Origin: Dudresnaya verticillata
Lineage: Eukaryota
DNA length: 64,000 nucleotides
NCBI GenBank assembly: GCA_977862235.1
Contig: OZ374563.1
Location: 868,001 to 932,000, forward strand
Reading direction: 5' to 3'
Position numbers and translations under genes: made by a program. Below the pieces are notes generated by a model. It made no database searches and was not told where the DNA came from. It saw nothing but the letters and a program-made list of their open reading frames with translations. This document shows positions 1 through 12,100 of this stretch, one piece after another (positions within the stretch are counted from its first letter, which is position 1; every line of letters begins with the position of its first letter).

Positions 1-1143
1 CTCCTTAAGCCGGCCTTGATGCTCGGCGGGGAGATGTCCCAAGTCCATATCGTCTACTGACGGAGGTTTGGCCGTGGTTGCCTCGATAGACTTCGTGAAA
101 GTATCCGGCTGTGCCGCAGTATTATCGTTCGTTTGAAAACGGAAATCTTGGTTTGCCTTCTCTTCCTCGGCCTGTTCCTCTGTGAGGCCCAAAACATCGG
201 TTAGAATTACGTGACTGGGGAACACTGCTGTCGGATGTGGTAACGCCGTGGCGACGACTTGGCCCTTGGCCAGCGCCTGCGGGCGGGGAGAGAAGTTGGC
301 AACCAGAATACGAAACGCTTTTAGCGGCTCCACTTGACCAATCCCGTTTGTAACGGCCAACCCTTGTTTGTCGTACAGCGTTCCGAACGGTTGAATTCTG
401 ATGATGCTGGCGCGTTCGGTGGTCACCGATACCCATTGCTGCGCCTTAGGCGGGATGATCGCGCGCTCGGCGACTCGGATCTTGGGCGACGTCCTCCCTT
501 CGGCCTTGCCGTATTCCTGTTCCGTTGGTAACGGAGGATACGACGGAGGTCGGCGCAGCGGGCGGCGCATTATAGGGACACGAGTCCCGCCATCCAATTC
601 GACCTCGCGACTTCGCGGATATATTGCTTCGACGATGCGGTCGCAAAAGTCGCAGCCGAGTATAACCGGCGCAGCGAGTCGTTCGCAAACGATCAGTTCC
701 AACTTGACGACTCTCCGTCCCAGACGAACGACCAGGTCGATGGTGCCTCTTGTCTGGATCGCCTTATTGTTGGCGTCGGCTATGACGGGGAGGCTCTTTG
801 CCACGATGCGCGATCGCGCTTCCAGCGGAATGTCGTCAATGCGAATGAAATTCGGACCAGCCCCCGTGTCGAGGACAGTGCGTTTACGTGCCAAGGTACT
901 AACGGTTGCGCCCGAATCGGCGTACACCTTGTAGTTCCTCTTGGCCATTACGAACAACTGCCCTCGCGCCTGGGGGGGCTGGTACCTTCGCCATGGGCGT
1001 TTTAATGACGTCTGTGACGACTCTATCCGCCCGTTGGTGTCATCAGTAACTAACTTCGGGCCCTCCTTCCGTGTCAGCACCCGAGGCCTAGGCCTCTCTT
1101 CGTGGTGCGACACCCCAGTGTCAGGAGTTGGTGCCCGAGTTAG
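1..1143 (-). CDS. pol: Element A pol N-terminus (aspartic protease), -1 frame relative to gag, open to the window edge
   Basis: Frame is open from the GAAAAAC-TAA site at the gag end through LFVMAKRNYKVY...VLDTGAGPNFI (DTG protease motif); near-identical to C 23919-25070. Confidence 0.85.
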
Positions 1144-3710
1144 TTTTTCGCCCGCGGCGGTGCTTGTGGCGCTACATAGCGACTGATCATCGTCGGATGA
1201 CGTTCTGGCGCGTGCGGCATGGGTCCACCTCGTGGCGATTGTGGTCGTGCAGCACGGCGAGCAGCGTCGCGGTCGCGCGTTCCTTGCAACGTATATACGC
1301 ATCAGCGGGGACACCAGCCTTCTCGGCTTCGGTTAGTCCTTCATAGTTGGTAATAACCTTCATGAAGTCGCTCATGCGGAGGAAGCAGTCCGGCGCGATG
1401 TGTCCGCGGGCGTAGCATTGGTGGCATACCAGCTGCCGACGCGCGTCTTGACGGGGCGGGCCTCTGTCCTGCCATCCGGGCCTTGCTCGGTGGACGTGAG
1501 GAGCATACTCGGAATAGGGGACGCGGGGAGCGGGTACGACTGCGCGCCCAAAGGCGAGAGCGGGGTCCATATCCCTTTCGTCTTCGTCATCGACGTAGCT
1601 TTCCGTCGGTAGAGCCGAGGTTGGCACCGACGCCTGCTCGTCTGCCAAATACAGATCGCCTTCGGCGTGTGTTTCCATGTCATCGACAGGACGACTAACG
1701 TCTCGGAACTCGACGGAGGACTCCGCGATCATAGCGCGCGCTCCAGGCTTGGCGCCTCTCGTCTGTAGACGCAGTACCCCTCGGGTATCGCCGATGGCGG
1801 ATCGCGGTGTGCGTACGGCTTGAGCCGGTGTCAGTAGGTCACGTCGTGCTGACGCGGAACCGGCCCTGCCGTGTCGTGCGCGGTTGGAATCCCCTTCGTC
1901 TTGTGCGAAGTGGACCAGCCGCTCAAATGACAAATCCGCCCTTGGCGTTTCTTCTCGGAAGCGAGCGACTAGGGACCTGATCGACGGGTCTAACCCGTCG
2001 ATTTACAGCGTCATCTTTTCCCAATCGGGATATACGTTACCGCAACGAATACACGCACCGGCTAGCCGCATCCAATAGGTCGTCTCGTCCTCGCCTTGCT
2101 TTTGGGCAGTCGACCGTAGGGCGAGGACAGCGTCCCTGATCGCCGCTGGCGTAGCATACGTACGGAGGAGGTACTGTACCGCCTCCGGATACGAGGAAAC
2201 TCCGCCGCGATGGCGAGAAGACGTCGACTTGACGGAGCGGAATTGCGTGGCTGCCGTACCTCGCAAGAAGTACGGCAGTGCGACGAACACTTGGGCTTCG
2301 CTCATCTCCAGCGTATCGGCTTCGTCCGCGTAACGCGTCAGGAACTCGAAGACCATGACGGGGTCGCTGCCGTTGAAGGCGGCGTCCTTCATGGTCAGCT
2401 CCAAGCGCTTAATATGGTCCTTGACCTTACCCGTATCGCGCTCCGAGCATTTTTGCCCTACGTCTCTGCGACGGTAAGTCCTATACGATAACAACTGATC
2501 GAAAAGGGGGTTGGAGGGGCGTAGCTCCTTCAACCCCTTGAACCGCTTTCCGCGAGGTCTTGCGGCACTGCCGAGAGCTGGGAAGTCGTCTTCTTCAGAC
2601 GAAGAGTCTGATGACTCCCCGTCACTTGACGAATCTGAAGAGGAAGAGGATGAGTCCCCACATCGATGACGGTTCTTCTTCCGTCTCTGACGCAGCTTGC
2701 GTCGGCGTTTCTTCCGGTCCTTACGTCTGTCACGATCTTCGCATGAGCTCTCGTCACCCGACGGTGGACCATTGCGCCAGTTGGCGGTTTCAAGACGCTC
2801 TAAGCGAGTCGCAAGTCGCTGAAAGCGTTCGCGTGAGCCAAGCTCGGAATTCTAATGAACCGTTATTGCCGGCGGTGGTTGTGTACCCTCGCCTTGGGCG
2901 TTTTGGTTCGTCAATAGACGGTCGAGGTCGGATCGAAGTCCTTGTAGGGCGCCGTTCCGATCCTCTTCCAACGTCTGTAGACGACTTGCGATTCCTCCGA
3001 CACTGTCGTCCAGCAACCCGGCGGATCGAGCGAGCATCGCATCGTCCTCTAAGACGCACACTTCTCGGATCCGTTCGCGTGGTATCGTTACGTTACTCAC
3101 GCGGACGGCCGAGGGTGACGCCGTTGGCGGCTGGCTTTCGCGGTTTGACCGGTCGGGCGTCCCTTGCGCCCTTTGAATTGGCGAATTCGGCTGGCTGGCT
3201 AGCCGGAGAACAACCGGCACTGCCGTGGGGAGTGGGGCAACATGCCCCTTGTGTCAATGGTTCGTCAGCGACGTTGCGCTCCGCGGAGCGCCCTTGATCG
3301 TCGTTGACGTGGTTGGTTGGTTGATCCGGAAGTTCCGGTTGTCCCTCGACGATGTCGGCTTGTGTTCCGTCTACGACGTCCTGTTGCTCGGCTTGTACTG
3401 TATCAGCCGAGTCAACATAGGAGCGGTAGGTGCGGAGGGCCGATCCCTCGGGGACTGAGGTGCGGACGACGACGGGGTTGTGGCGCGTCGGCGGGGGAGG
3501 TAATTCTCCTCCGTTGAGCGACGCGTGGGAGCCTGCGTGGCCGTGGCCCAGGGGTAGCGTCGGGAACGCCGACGCGATCTCGGGGCTCACGAGGCGCCCA
3601 GACCTCGTTGTCATCCGCTGTAGCGACCGTTCTGACGCGGGTACACTCCCAGGCGTCGAAGACGGTCTTCTTGAACTTGGGCCTCGCGACGGCGGCGGTC
3701 GTGAGGCCAT
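1140..3710 (-). pseudogene. gag: Element A gag, broken by frameshifts and stops; CCHC zinc knuckle
   Basis: ORF fragments 3710-3093, 3220-2852, 2533-2003, 1933-1187; FNGSDP...FL capsid-like motif; CHQCYARGHIAPDC knuckle; collinear with C gag. Confidence 0.85.
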
Positions 3711-3817
3711 GATACAATCGTAGAGTTGCTTGAACGTCGTGGAAGATTAGCGACAAACGTCTAAAGACGAAGGGTCGGACGTCGCACGACGGAGGAACTC
3801 GTTGAAACGTAGCACAA

Positions 3818-3835
3818 TTCTAGGTCGGGAGACCA
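3818..3835 (-). promoter_or_regulatory. Primer-binding site of A (TGGTCTCCCGACCTAGAA), probably tRNA-Tyr
   Basis: Starts with TGG 2 nt inside the LTR end; identical 18-mer in B and C. Confidence 0.8.
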
Positions 3836-3837
3836 GA

Positions 3838-4195
3838 TGTGGTGCAAAACGTCTGAGACGATAGACCGCCGAGCAGTTCGGGGCTCGGTGGGTAGCTGCG
3901 CCCTTGGCGGTGAGTAGCCCCGCCTTGGGCGACTTGTTGGTAGAGCAAAGGACACGCCTTGGGCGGACTGTAGACGCCCGAGGCGGAAAGAAAGGGAAAA
4001 GGGAACAGAAAGGAAACAAAACGGGAGCACGTCAAGGACGGGTAGAGACGTGGAAGCACGGGAGGTAGACGCTTAGCCGTAGGCAGCGGTAGGGTACGCG
4101 CGTGCGGAACGGGGAAGTCTGGACCAAGGCCGGCTTGTCCGGGGTTTACTCAGCGTCTCGGACGGATTACCTAATATACTACGTGAGCGACGGAG
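3838..4195 (-). repeat. Element A 5' LTR, 3' portion (R/U5 side)
   Basis: Reverse-complement match to the 3' part of the C LTR (about 20885-21232); terminal TGTGGTGCAAAA on the + strand. Confidence 0.88.
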
Positions 4196-4833
4196 TGTAG
4201 TAGAATGGCTTTCAAGCAAGAGTAGACGGCCACACAGCACGACAGTTGTCCTGAAAGCGTGATCCCACTCGCGTGGTTGGTAGCTCCAAATGGGGTGGTA
4301 GAGACTTGAGAGGGCGGCAAGCCCTGCAAAAGAGGGGAAAAGGGAAGGCGAACCGTACTGCTTAGAGCAGTCGTCGTAGGTAGCACGGCTTGTAAACGCC
4401 TAACGGGGGTTGTAGCGGTGATACCGTGAGAGTCCAACAAAGGGGAAAAACCCAAGGCATACACCGCTGCTCGTTTAGTGCGGGGCCCCTGCTACTCAGG
4501 GGCCTAATAAATACGGCGGGAGCCGAAAAGGTACTACCCGCTCAGTTAGAGCTATAATGCTAACAGTGAGCTAATACTGTACACTAACAGTTACACTAGC
4601 GATTAAAAATAGGAATGAGCGGTCATACCGCTTCCGTACGTACGGCGCCATTGTAAGGCGCCACGCCCAAAATAGACGTGCCATCATGGCGCGTATCCAC
4701 CACTCAGCGCGCATAGTGCTCACGTAGTTAATTGTCCAATGGCGAGCAGCCATCTCACTCCTGTATCCCACGCCTTACAGGCGTCGCGTGTACACGTGGC
4801 TCCTTACAGCGCCCCAGCGCTCGTTATACCACA
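4196..4833 (-). repeat. Element B 3' LTR (638 bp)
   Basis: Direct repeat of 16844-17482; only one G indel and one near-terminal substitution seen. Confidence 0.93.
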
Positions 4834-4850
4834 CGGCCCCCTTCTTAAAA
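4834..4850 (-). promoter_or_regulatory. Polypurine tract of B (TTTTAAGAAGGGGGCCG on -)
   Basis: Purine run abutting the 3' LTR; an 8-bp-stem hairpin ACTGAGCG-ACCG-CGCTCAGT lies next to it (4850-4869). Confidence 0.75.
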
Positions 4851-5525
4851 CTGAGCGACCGCGCTCAGTAAGGAGCTGTACAGCGATGCTGTTTCCAAAG
4901 GCTATAGCCGTTTTGAGATTGAGATTTGAGATCCTGTGGTTCGTTCATTGGCCCAGCGTGAACGTTTTGCAAACGCCTCCCAGCGCCCCGTCTCGACGAG
5001 GCGGCAGGTCACTGTGTGCACGGCTTGAGCCGTCGGCGTCGGCTCGACCGGTATCGATTGCGCGAAACGCCAGACGGGCGCGCGGTTATTTTAACGCCGG
5101 CTTGCAGCCGTCTTCTCGCTTTCGGTGCCCACACCCCTCAACAGCCGTCGCTTTTCACCTGACCGCCCTGCTCTCCGCTCATCGCATCCGCCCCGCTTGA
5201 GCGGTTCCATCATCCACACTGCGGTTCTCACCATTGCACACCGGCGCCCAGCGTTGAGCCCTACGACCTCCGCCGTGCGCGCCCCGCTCTTCCCGGCTCA
5301 CAGCCGTTTCCTCAGGTCGTGCTCGCCAGTCGTTGGACTTGGCTCTGGAGCCGACTTTCAGGCAGGAGAACGTTTGCCGCGCCGTAGAAGTAATCAGGTA
5401 GCGCTCACTACCCCTCGGGGTCAGTTCTGGAGCCGACGCGAATCAGGAGAAAGGTCTCCGAACCTTAGAAGACGCGATTCGGAAACGACTTCCAAGCCGT
5501 TGACAGTCTTGCGCACTATATCGAG

Positions 5526-7811
5526 ATGGCGCCGCAACACTTGGCGTATGGAGCCGCCGGCTCTAGTGCGAATGTCTTGGGACATGAGGTGGACGCGGCT
5601 GGTGTGCCGATAGCGATCTCCCACAGCCGCGACTGGCTCCTGCGTACCTACCTCACACATCTGAAGATGCGGGCGGGAGCTAGTCGCGAGGAGGTGCGTC
5701 GAATCGGTGGTCGGACGGCTCAGAGTCGTGTGTGGAATCGCCATATGCGTACCCGCGTGGGTATTCTGACTGGCACAAACCGGTTCTTACCGCGTCTTGC
5801 TGGTGATGGCGAGTCCCTTCAGTGGGACCTGGCCTATGTGCGCTTCAAGCACGAGATTGCTTGGAGCAACAACGTGACTCGGAAGTTGACTTCCCAAGCC
5901 GAGATGCTCTATGAGGTCCACCAGAGCGGAGACTGGGACTTACGGCTGGTCATGCATGAGCTTCCACTCATTCGACAAGGTAGGGATAACTTCCCGTACA
6001 CTATGGCCCGCGTTGTGCGGTGGGATGAGTCATCCAACTTAAAATATGCCTTGGATAACCCACAGACGGCTATGCCGTTGGAACATTCCCGCTTCGAGCG
6101 GAAGCAACGCCACAAGACCGGGTGTCTCATCCCGTGTCACTGTCAAGAGGTGACGGCTATCAAGCCGCAGTGCTACAATGGAAAATATCCGCAAGTCCCT
6201 GATGACCATAAGAACTTTGAGGTCTCGCACTCCATGCCGGTCGGGACCCCGACGATTATCGCCTATCTAGGTCTCGAGATGATGGCGAAAGCCATGGATG
6301 ACAGTGTGCTTTGGAGCATTTACCGCCACGAGTGGGTAGTACTCGTCGTGCAGACCCTGGTATATGAGGCCCGGCGAGGCCTGTTGTACTTCATCGGTCA
6401 ACCGTTGCGAACAGCTATTCGGGCTTTAAACCCTAAGGAGCTTACCGCGGATGCCGATGACGCTAAGGACTTGGAAGCCCTGCTGATCTTCGTCGAGCGC
6501 ATTCGCTGGGGCGAGATTACCAAGCGTAATAGACATCTCCCAGAGAACACTGGCAATTGTACGCCGGTTTACAACCGTGGCGACTGGGTCGATTTTGATC
6601 CGCAGAAGTGGCATCCAATGCTGCCTGAATATCTCATACAGCCGGAGCCATCCGAGGCGAACCCGCTCATTCTGGACGAGGGTACTCGTATGCCCGGAGT
6701 GACAGCCGGTTGGGTTTGTTCCCGTTGGCGTGAACCGGGTCCCGAGACCCCTGAGCAAGTTCCCGTCTTCGACGAGACTGTTGGTGGACAGCCACAGGGA
6801 CCTCATACCCCACCTGCCATGGGCTATTCGAAAGCCGACCACGTTATAAGAGACGTCTTCAATAGGCGTGGTTTAGCCATCCGGCTTGCTTGCCAGTGGG
6901 AAATGCGTCATCTCAACGTACATAGTCTGGCAGACTGGGTGGAGGAGGTCATGGTGGACTATGAGTCCAATTGGTTGCAGATGCCGGGTCCGGCCGACGA
7001 GATAGAGCGTTTGCGGGCTCACTTCGCCGCCCTTCCTCCTCTGTCGGGCCGTTCGCGAGTAGGGGACGTGAAGCCGCGTCGCGGCATTGGCCACGCTGGT
7101 GCGTCTGGCATCAAGCAAGAGTCGACTGGAGTCGAAGATGGTGATCCTCGTGCCCACATGAGCGAAAACCCCGCAGCGATTCCGCGTGAGGAGTCGTCCG
7201 CCACCGCCGTGCAGACCACATCTACAGCTGTTAAGTCTGTTACCACGCCTTCGGTGGCGGTCGGCTCAGCTTCTACTGCGATAGCAACAGTCGGGGCTCC
7301 GACCCTTGCGGCACCAACCACGGGTTTACCCGACTTTGCCCCCGTGGGCGAGTTCCTCGGGGCAGACTTTCCTCGCCGTGGCTCTCAAGCCACGAGGGAA
7401 GTGTCGACCAGGGTCGCTGCAGTCGTACCTGTGTCACAGGACAAGGAAACTGCGGGCTCAAAGCTCGATTTCAATGTCCAGGAGGGCGCTTCTCAAGCGA
7501 AGAAGGCCGTTCCGCCTTCAGACGACGTAGTCGTTAAGACCGAATTAATCATTAAGGAAGAGGACGAGGTGGACACCGCTAGGGGTGAATCCCCGAGAGC
7601 CAGCTTTGATGATATGGAGATCGACGCCATAACGACTCGCAGTCGTGGAAGCGAGCTTGACGCAGGCGCCCAGCGTGGTCGTACCTCGCGTCCGGTGGGG
7701 CGCGGCCGTCGCACGGTGCGTGAAGTCCGCCGCGTCGTTATTTCCCATTCGGCTCCTCAGCCGGATCCGCCCCTTGGGGAGGATGAGGTCATTGACCTTT
7801 TGTCAGACTGA
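5526..7811 (+). CDS. Element B antisense accessory ORF, 761 aa, unknown function: conserved globular N-half plus disordered acidic tail
   Basis: Uninterrupted 2.3-kb ORF between pol and 3' LTR, opposite strand to pol; aligns by eye with the antisense ORF of C (YLG.E.M, W...[ED]WV, I.W, GDWV.[FY][DN]P). Confidence 0.85.
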   Translation: MAPQHLAYGAAGSSANVLGHEVDAAGVPIAISHSRDWLLRTYLTHLKMRAGASREEVRRIGGRTAQSRVWNRHMRTRVGILTGTNRFLPRLAGDGESLQWDLAYVRFKHEIAWSNNVTRKLTSQAEMLYEVHQSGDWDLRLVMHELPLIRQGRDNFPYTMARVVRWDESSNLKYALDNPQTAMPLEHSRFERKQRHKTGCLIPCHCQEVTAIKPQCYNGKYPQVPDDHKNFEVSHSMPVGTPTIIAYLGLEMMAKAMDDSVLWSIYRHEWVVLVVQTLVYEARRGLLYFIGQPLRTAIRALNPKELTADADDAKDLEALLIFVERIRWGEITKRNRHLPENTGNCTPVYNRGDWVDFDPQKWHPMLPEYLIQPEPSEANPLILDEGTRMPGVTAGWVCSRWREPGPETPEQVPVFDETVGGQPQGPHTPPAMGYSKADHVIRDVFNRRGLAIRLACQWEMRHLNVHSLADWVEEVMVDYESNWLQMPGPADEIERLRAHFAALPPLSGRSRVGDVKPRRGIGHAGASGIKQESTGVEDGDPRAHMSENPAAIPREESSATAVQTTSTAVKSVTTPSVAVGSASTAIATVGAPTLAAPTTGLPDFAPVGEFLGADFPRRGSQATREVSTRVAAVVPVSQDKETAGSKLDFNVQEGASQAKKAVPPSDDVVVKTELIIKEEDEVDTARGESPRASFDDMEIDAITTRSRGSELDAGAQRGRTSRPVGRGRRTVREVRRVVISHSAPQPDPPLGEDEVIDLLSD

Positions 7812-8720
7812 GTCTCCGATGGCTCAAGCCAATTAGTCATCACCGTTTCCCTCATCTCCTGTCTGGATGCCTTTGTACTTCGCCTTGCTTGGGCAAGAGC
7901 GGCTTAACCGCTAAAGTAAAGTATTGATGTTACTGTATCCCCTTCGGCTGGAAGCCGATTCACTCTATGTAAGGGCGTCTGTGGCTGCGTTTCCTTCATT
8001 GAGGGCGTGGGTCGCTGGCGAATATTCCAGCCTCCATCAGCATCTTGGCGCAAAGGTGTATACCACTCCTTGGAGGAGTTGGGCATCGAAGCTCCTTGCT
8101 ACTGCCGAGGCATCATGGTGCCATGGCGCACGCGCCGTGGCGTAGAAAACCAAGACGAGTTTGATTCGTGGTTCAATCCGCCTCCAACCGCAAGTTGACC
8201 AGTCGAGACGGCGCCAGCAATGGTCAACTCCCCTCTACAGTAGAACTTCTGTGATACTGTAGAGGCGAGCGTTTTTGGCGCCAGTTTGCGTGGTTGTCTG
8301 CCAGACAAATTTTGATTCGTGGATGGATCGCACAAACGAAATCTAATTCGCTGATGATTACGCCTCCCTACCCCTTTGGGGGGGGGGCGGGGAGCCGTTC
8401 GGTACATGGTAACCGATTTGGCTATAGTACGCCAGGCATTTGACTTCAGTCAACGGGTAAGGTTTCTCGTAGGCCTTCCACTGAGTGGTCGTCCCGCGAC
8501 TGTGGTATAGGAGATATGTCGATAAAGCCATTGGTAATAACCATCACGAAAAAGCATCTCGCTATACCTAGCACATATTGTAGTTGTGACCGCTCAGCGT
8601 CTAGGCGCTTGCCAAATCAATCTTGCTTTAGCAACGGTAGTTACTACGATCGTAGTCTACGCCATCGTCCTCTTGAGGTCCTGAGCCTTATAATCATCTT
8701 CCAACCTTGAGTTTCCAACT

Positions 8721-8928
8721 CATCTATCCAAATGTTTCCAAACATCTATCCAAACCTGGAGCTTCTGCTCCTCTATCCAGTTTGAATTTCCGGTTCATCT
8801 ATTCCCGCATCTATCCAAGGTTTCCAACCTGCTTTGCATCTATCCATTTTCTTGAACTTCCAGTTCAGCTGTTCCACATCTATCCAAACATCTATCCAAG
8901 GTTTCCAACCTTCTTTTTTATCTATACA
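8721..8928. repeat. Degenerate short-repeat array of CATCTATCCA (about 9 copies) interleaved with TTTCCAA
   Basis: Copies at about 8721, 8743, 8770, 8797, 8808, 8837, 8877, 8889, 8919. Confidence 0.8.
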
Positions 8929-9146
8929 TTTCCAATTTTCCAACGGGGTCCATATCCTTCAGATAAACTGATATACATGGGCATAGCCATTGCTATCCCG
9001 TGGATCGGTTCGGCGATCCGCAATCGGACGTTATCTTCGTTTTCCTTATAAGGCTTCTGCCTAGCGTAGAATTACACACGTAAGCGTGCCGCGAGGTAGC
9101 ACCGAATCATGACGCTTGAGTTACCATCAGATTGGTCGACCAGTGG

Positions 9147-12100
9147 TTATTCCGAGAAGGGAATCCTCTTCGAACGGTGATACCGTTTGATTAGATTCGC
9201 TGGGAGGTGTTCTCGCGGTTCCCAGGTGTCCTGTGATGCAGGGCACTGGTACCAGCGCACCTTGCACATTTTCGACTCGGAGTCGTAGTCGACCAATTTG
9301 TCATAAACATGCTCCCGTGGCGGGGCTTTCTTGAAGCGTGAAAACTTACGACGCGGGGTCGTCCCATCTGCATTAGGGGAGATCAGCTCTCCATGGGCTT
9401 GAGGAGAGCTTAGGCCCTGTGCGACCGTTGGCCCGGCATCATTCAGGCCAGGCGGTATGATAACCTCATCGCGAGGGGGCACGGTGGTAGAAACCGGGCC
9501 AGCACCACTATCGATATCCTCGATCACTTCCTGCGGAGGGGCGACAGTCTGCGCATTTGCGTATTCCGCGCCCGCTTCCAGCGGCTCCTCTCTTATAATG
9601 TTCGGCGATGGTGCGGCGCCTGGAGCATTGGTGTCTATTGACTCAAGAGTTGGTCCTGCTAGTTCCACATATCCAGGAGTAGCCTCCACGATGGGTGGGG
9701 CTAGCCCTAGAGCTCCAAGTTCTTCTTCCGGTGACGGGGCCAGAGTGACACGGTCCAGAGAGACTGATTCCCTTTCGCCATTCCTTTCCAACACGACAGT
9801 GTGTGTTCCTCTCTCGAGGATCTTGTATGGGCCAAGAGCCTTTGGAAACAACTTTCCTTCCCGTGCCACGCCTTTGGCATCTTTCATTTTCGTCTCTCTC
9901 GAGGAATACCCAGTTACCCGGGCCTAACTTCTGATTAGTCAGACGCATACGATTGTTGAAGTTGACTTCATATCGCTGTTGTGCCATGCGTAGACGTGGT
10001 AACGCTGTGTCCATCAGCTTCTCGAGTCGCGCGGTCAGCCGCTTCTTGACATTAACCGCTGGCACGTTCGCAACGTCTACCGTCTCTGCTTTCTCCATTA
10101 GGAGTGAAGTCGGCGGGTTGGATAGAACCAAGTCAACGGGAGCAAGGCCCGTCGCACGATGAACGGTCGTGTTGTATGCGTACTTCAGAGCAGACGTGAA
10201 TTCATACCAATCTTTTTGGTCTTCAGCAATGAAATGCCTCAGCCCTGCCAACAAGGTACGATTAAACCTTTCGGTTTTTCCGTTCGTCTGCGGATGATAA
10301 GTCGATGTAAACAGATACCGAATCTTGAGAATGCCGCAGACGGCTATGAAGAACTTAGACGCAAACTGCGAACCATTGTCCGACAGGACATAACGGGGAG
10401 GCCCGTAGGTGTATATCCAATGTTCACAGAACGCTTTCGCCACAGTATAAGCCGTTACCGTTTTCAATGGTATCGCTCGAGTGAGCTTTGAGAAGCGGTC
10501 CGTCATCACGAGCAGATATTCGTTGCCCTTGCTCGATCGAGGTAGCGGTCCTAGGATATCAATCCCCACGAACTCCAACGGCATAGTAGCCGGAAACAAC
10601 TTCATATGAGAAGCGTGTTGTCGTAGTTGAACACGTTCCTGTGCACATTTCACACAGTTTCGAACTGTTGCATATACTGCGAGAGCCATGCCAGGCCAGA
10701 ATACTTGTCGGCGCAAGTTATGATACATCCTTGTCCCACCGGGGTGACCGGCCATCTCCGGGTAGTGCGCGAGATGTAGGACCCGTTCTTGAAGGACTCT
10801 ATGTATCACTACCTGTAGTGTCTTGTCTATATAAGACCGTCGGACTATCAATCCTCGTTCATCTTCCAGATAGCAGCCTGGCCTTCCGGATTCAATGGCG
10901 AGTTTGATACCCATATAGAATTGATCGGTTCGCTGAGAGCGAAGAATTTCCTCCACGGTGAGCAGAGAAAGACTCTTTTCGTCCACTTCTTTCTCAGCCA
11001 CGTTGGCTATTAGTTGTTCATCCTCGAGTAACAACTCGACAGAGTCGTCCTCGGGTTCCACCTCCCAGACCTCCAAAGGTCGGGACGGGGTATCCGTTCG
11101 CGAATCTCTTCCATCCGAAAGGTCACGAAGGTCAGACCGATCACTGTCAGCGATTACAAAGCAAGGAATCTCCAGATCTGGTTCCCAGCTGGTAAAACCA
11201 TAAGTAGGTAATCGAGAGACGGCATCAGCTATCTGATTCTTCTTTCCCTTACGGTATTGAACCGTGAAGTCGTATTCGAGGAGTCGCAAGCGCCAACGTG
11301 CTAGTCGTCCGGATGCATCCGTCATACTCATCATCCATTTGAGCGCCTGATGGTCGGTGTACAAGTCAAAATGCGACCTTCCTAAATATGGTCTAAGCAT
11401 TTGCGTCGCCCAGACCACCGCGAGGCATTCCTTCTCGCCGACGGAGTAATCCCGTTCCGCCTGAGTCAAGCCTCGGCTCCAAAACCCGATAGGGTGGCGT
11501 GTTCCGTCTGGTTCCATTTGCATAAGGGCACACCCTATCTGATAGTCACAAGCGTCGGTGTCCACCGATAGAGGTCTATCTTCTTTCGGAAGTCGGAGAA
11601 TCGGTGGCGCTGTTAGCGCCTTTTTCAGTAACTCGAACGCTTCGCGCTGCTTTTCATCAAACGGAGGTAGTTCGAATCCCACATCCTTCTGAAGAAGTCT
11701 ATTAAGCGGTGATGCAACTCGTGCGAAGTTCGGCACAAAGCGTCTGTAGACGTTACACAACCCGATGAACGATTGTAGTTGAGTCTGAGTCTTAGGTTCT
11801 TTGAAGCCTTCGATGGCTTGGGTATTCTTCGTAGCTACTTCCAGTAGTCCAGGCCTGATCACGTGGCCAAGGTAATCCACACTCTTCGTGAAGAAGTTGC
11901 ACTTCTTGAGCTTGAGCGATACTCCCGCTTCTTTCAATACTGAGAGTATTTCTTGAACATGACCTAAGTGTTCGTCGACACTCTTTGAGAAGATTATGAT
12001 ATCATCCAAGTAGACGAGACAGGATTTCCATCGGTAACCCGATAATAGGATATCAACGGTTCTCTGAAAGGTCGCCAGTGCGTTGCACAATCCGAATGGC

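Noticed and set aside
5526..7811. Extra ORF as an env gene
   Set aside because: Antisense to pol, with no signal peptide or convincing transmembrane anchor.
7819..8198. Short Cys/Trp-rich + strand ORF after B's antisense ORF
   Set aside because: No clear start codon, two competing frames and no counterpart seen in C.
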